64,000 bases of DNA, taken from positions 2,316,228 through 2,380,227 of the forward strand of contig CAJINV010000004.1 of NCBI GenBank assembly GCA_905178155.1, in the 5' to 3' direction. How positions within the stretch are numbered: the stretch's first letter is position 1; every line of letters begins with the position of its first letter. The DNA comes from Amoebophrya sp. A120 (lineage: Eukaryota; Protista; Dinoflagellata). Shown one piece after another: positions 59,766 to 64,000 of the stretch. Under the pieces are notes generated by a model, which was given only the letters and a program-made list of their open reading frames with translations, had not been told where the DNA came from and ran no database searches. The position numbers were made by a program, and so were the translations under genes.

Positions 59766-60622
59766 TCAAGCGGGGAGCAGCCAGTGGCTTCTTGCACACT
59801 TGCTCTGCCAGCGCGGAGCGACGGGGGATAGTCCTCGTTCTCGTAACGAGTAAAGGTAAAGATTGAAGGGAAGTTACATCATACAACATAGTCATCGATT
59901 TGCTGCCGTACTAGCGTCAGCACGGTGTACTTTTCGGTTCCTAGATAGTAGTTGTTCTTATCGCCCGCAAGAGATTGATACAAAGACAAATTACTATGCG
60001 AGATGAAAATGGCTTTCGGTCGTTTGTTCGTGTGTCTTCTTAGGTACAACAACTTCAGAGATTTTTTGTCCAAAAAGGAAGAGCTAATAAAGTTCGGTTG
60101 TAGATCATGGGCAACCATAGCTCGGTCGTGAACAATGAAATGATAAGACAAAAAAAGAAGTAAACTAGTATCGGTTCTTCCGCTGTAATCAGTCGTGCAA
60201 AGGAAAAGAAAGCAAAGTAGCGGCGGAATGACTCTGTTTTTTTTCGTCCAATGTGCCAGTCGTTCAAATGTGGTAGTAATCGTGGCTGCACCTCCTTTCT
60301 TGTTTTCTTGTCGTGCAAATTTTTTCGCAAAAAAAAATCGTGTGTGTGTGTCAACACCCAAATGCAGGCCTCCTGATTTCCAATCCCGCATCAAAATTCT
60401 TTCCAAAGGCAATCTTCTTTACAGTCAACATAGCACACCAAGAACTTCTCATACAGAACTGGTTTGAGAATGAGACTATGACCTAGAAGTTGCAACCATC
60501 TTTGCGTTCGTTGTTTGTAGCAGAGTAGTTGCATAATTAGTCTGAGTGTCTTCGTAAGTCATTTTCCCCTTCGTCATATTCACATAGAATAAAGAAGCCT
60601 GAGCACGTCGACCCCACAGGCC

Positions 60623-63600
60623 ATGTCGGGGCACGAATTCGAGGCGTTTGTGCAGACCGCCGCGGCGATACCAAATGCAAAAATGTCTGGGTCTGGGAGA
60701 ATGCCAGACTTGTCATGCAGGTTTTCCCTGACCCATGAGGTCTGGTATGTAGGACATAGCATGACAGACTCTGTGAGAGTTCTATCAAGCCTATGCTGCA
60801 TGAGAAATTGCCACTCGATTAGTTCAAAAGTGGACAGCTTTTGGCAATCATGCAACACAGATTTTTACATGATTCACATTTAGCATGGCAAGTTGCTTTT
60901 TTCCAGACACAGAAATTTTTGCAGCTGATAGGCGATGGCCGGTGACGACGTGGACCCGAACTGGCTGAAGGAGCTCTGGTATTAAGTGCAAATGTGTCTG
61001 GGTCTGTAAACTTGTAATGCGGTGCTGGGAGTAGTGAATGCTCTGTAATGCACAGCCAAGCATGAAAAATGCAAATGAAATGTCTGCGCTCCTTAGCGTT
61101 GCGCTTTCCGCATGACAGACTGCGTTTTTGCATGACAAGCAAAGGGGTCTCTTCTCGAACACGCATCACAAACTCTTCAGTCATGACTGACAAGCATGAC
61201 AAACCTTGCATCCTTCCAGACCCAGACATATTTGCAATGCATATCTGGGAAGGCGCGGACGGGAACGCCAACCGGGCGATCAACCACCTCCTGGACACGC
61301 CCGAGTCCAAGTTCCGCCGGGTAAACAGCAAGACCAGCAGCGGTGGCGGTAAGAGTCCTTCATCCTCTAGCGCGAAGAAGGAGAAGAAGCACAAGTCGCC
61401 AAAATCTGGCTCAAGTCCAAATGGCGTCGACCAACAAGCCTTCTACGGTGGACCAACAAGTAATGCGAATCCACAAGCGTCGATGGGAATGGCCGGAGCT
61501 GGTGCAGGTGGATCAGCCGGGTTTAATATGGGTTACCCGCCTCCAACCGGGGCCGTTCCGGACATGAGCCAGTTCATGAGCCCGGGCATGTACGCATATA
61601 GTACGAGTAACATGATGCCTTACGGAGGCAGCTTCGGCGCAGTAGTTCCACCGCATTCCTACTACGGACTTCCACCGCATCCGATGATGTCCACCTCTAT
61701 GGGAGCCACGGCCGGTGGACAGCAAGCCGCACCGCAGGACCTGCCCCCCGCCGGGATGCTGGGCGTGCAGAACTCGCGGGGGGAGTATGTCTTCGACCCG
61801 AAAACGCACGCCAGTCAGTACGACATGACCTCGCCCATCGGGAAGGCGGCACTGACAAACGGGCAAAATGGCGGCGCAGGGAATAATGCTAACGGCGGGA
61901 ACAATCTTCAAGCAAGAAAGGAACTGACGGGACAGGTAATTCTGAATGAAATGGAAGTCAGTTGTCTAGTGCTCGGAATTTTTTCTGCCTCCAGACGAGA
62001 AAGATTTTGATTTTGTGAATTCGTCTTATGCTATTTCAAAGAATTATGCCGATTTTGGGAAATCCAATCGTTGAGCCGCGTGTAAGAAATGGAGGTATAA
62101 TCGAGTGTAGCGATGCAGTGATGTTTAAGTTTTTCTTTTCCTCTTTCACAGGACCACGCGTCCGCGACGAAATCGTCCGCGACCCCGAACCTGACCCCCT
62201 CGCTTCCCTTTGAGGCGATGCAGGAGAAGCAGACAAATTTGCAAACGCAGATGTTGCTGCAGCAGCAGATGCTGGCCAACATGCGGAATATTCTCCTCCT
62301 CCAGCAGTTCAAGGACCGCCGACGGCTGAAAACGACGGACAAGCCGGAGTGGTGGGAGGAACTGGACCGGGAGAGCGTGGAGAAAAACCCCTTCGCCATC
62401 CGACCGCTCGAATATGACAGTGCACAACTCCCCCTCCCTCTCATTTGTCATGCAAAACCCCAAATCCAAGTGCGTCCCTGTGGCACTAAGTGCATCACAG
62501 ATTCCGGAAGCCCAAACAGTATTACACTAGGCGCATGAGTTTGTCATGAGCAGGCTCCACGTGGTGTGGTGTTTGTATTGCTGTTCATGCGATACAAATG
62601 AGGGGGAGGGATAGTTGTGCACTCTCATATCGAAGCCAGCGCCCAGCAGGTGAAGGACGTTGCCAGCGTGTTGCGGAGAGTTGTCGAGGAACAGGAAAAT
62701 CAAAATACCCATCAAAAGGGAAATAATAAGCAAATAACCTCGGCTACAACTTCCAAGTCCGTGCGCGGCGGGGGTGGAGCGGCTAGTACAACAGCGAACA
62801 AGAAGCAGATTGTTCTTCAACAGCAGCAAATAAACGCCATGACCAGCCCGGCGTCCACGGCAAAGCGGTCCAAAGCCGCGTACTCCAGTCGCATGAGTAG
62901 CAAGGGGACCAACAGCAGCAGCATCTACAGCGGTGGTCAACAGCCGCACGGTAGTGCTGCGGCTCTGGCGAAGATGGTCGTAAACAATCAGCAGCAGAAC
63001 AGCAATAGAGTTGTCGGTGTTAGTACGTCGTCTCCAAAGCCATCGTCTCCAAAGCCTTCCTCCAGAACCGCCACACCACTGTTGGAAAAGCGAGCAGCCA
63101 GAATGATGAAGGAGCTCGGTTGCACTATGGGAGAGCAACAGCAAACAAGGTCCTCGCAGCCGGTAGTTCTTGACAAAGTGCAGTCGCTTCTGGACAAAAC
63201 CATCACGCTGGGCCCGGTACAGGAGGAGGTGGAGATGGTGGAAAACGGCATGGAAACAAGGAGCATGAAAAAATCAAATTATACCGACGCAAACAACAAT
63301 AACAATTTGTTGACGACGCCTGACACCGCCGTCCCGCCGACCTCCTCCACCCTCGGCGGAGCCGGACCAACTACGTCAGCCAACACGACCGCTACACAAA
63401 TCACCGTGACGCAGCAAACCCCGGGGTTGAAAGCCTTTCTCTCCTCCCTCGACGAAGCGATGCAGACCTACTCCACGGAACTGATGCGCGCGGAAAGGAA
63501 CATTGCGAGAGAAGTTGTTGTTGGGAACGGTAGCAGCAGTAGCTTGCTGCAAACGGTGGAGCCGAGAGCAGGTGCCGGAGCAGAACAAGCGGCTTTGGAT

Positions 63601-64000
63601 CACCAGTATCTGCAAAACACTAGCAACCTGTCTTCCAACTTGGATCTCTTGGAACTGCAGTCGTCGCAATTCTCATCGGCGCAAAACAGCGGCGCGGGAA
63701 CAGGGTCGGGAGCCGGGGTAGCAGCTCCGGGGGCAATTGTGATGAACGCCGCAGAAGCTAATGTACTAGAGGAGGATGAAGAACAGGAGGAACTGCAGGA
63801 GCAACTACAGCAGAAAGACGCGATGTACGATGCTGCATGGACGAATTTCTGCTACGGGGGCAATCCAGCTGAAGAAGGCAATGCTTCCCCCTCTTCGCAA
63901 AGCAACACCATTTCCTTCGTCATCAACGTAGACTGCGGTGGTGGTGCAAACGGAACCACCTCAGGAGGAAATCTAAACTCGCCCACGGTGTCCGTCGTCC
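60623..64000 (+). CDS. Protein with N-terminal CUE/UBA-like helical domain and low-complexity regions; incomplete at window end
   Basis: MSGHEFEAFVQTAAA|MAGDDVDPNWLKELW|EGADGNANRAINHLLD; GT-AG intron at about 61937-62151; ...IRPLE|ASAQQVKDVA continues open towards the window end. Confidence 0.65.
60669..60930. mobile_element. Introner-type TIR element, family A
   Basis: TAC start; DR ggcga/ggcga. Confidence 0.93.
60980..61243. mobile_element. Introner-type TIR element, family A
   Basis: TIR; DR tctgg/tctgg. Confidence 0.93.
62413..62629. mobile_element. Introner-type TIR element, family C
   Basis: tatgacagtgcacaactcccc ... gatagttgtgcactctcata; DR tcgaa/tcgaa. Confidence 0.94.

Noticed and set aside
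2644-61243. Recurring peptides in the ORF track (MSGSGR, PDPDIF, CKYVWVWK, FQTQTFL, KCLGLE) as a repeated protein domain
   Set aside because: They appear in all frames and on both strands and are translations of the family A TIR.
273-62629. Elements as inactivating MITE insertions (pseudogenes) or evidence of an alternative genetic code
   Set aside because: Exons remain free of stops and conserved motifs reassemble under one rule with the standard code.

Overview
Eukaryotic genomic DNA, most consistent with the parasitic dinoflagellate Amoebophrya (Syndiniales); this is inferred from the gene architecture, not proven. Thirteen protein genes and one retroelement ORF all lie on the + strand: V-ATPase subunit G (3' part), a PKA-regulatory-like protein, AMPK beta, two coiled-coil unknowns, a UCH-L3-type deubiquitinase, a low-complexity membrane protein, KIN17, an intronless secreted J-domain protein with a frameshift, a mucin-like protein, a class I/II aminotransferase, a CmcI-family methyltransferase and a CUE-like protein running off the end. 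The dominant feature is 45 non-canonical intervening elements (117-450 bp). All sit inside coding sequence, with terminal inverted repeats (mostly TAT...ATA) and a 5-bp direct repeat. Removing element + 5 nt gives an in-frame join; the join after 14672-14981 is only tentative. They fall into several TIR families, occur in both orientations and coexist with GT-AG introns. They share a sub-terminal TGTNATGC motif at phased distances, and one back-to-back pair has no exon between the elements. An intact 1817-aa non-LTR retrotransposon ORF (APE endonuclease + RT) ends in an ApiAP2-like DNA-binding domain. Coordinates were read by hand and may be off by a base or two.
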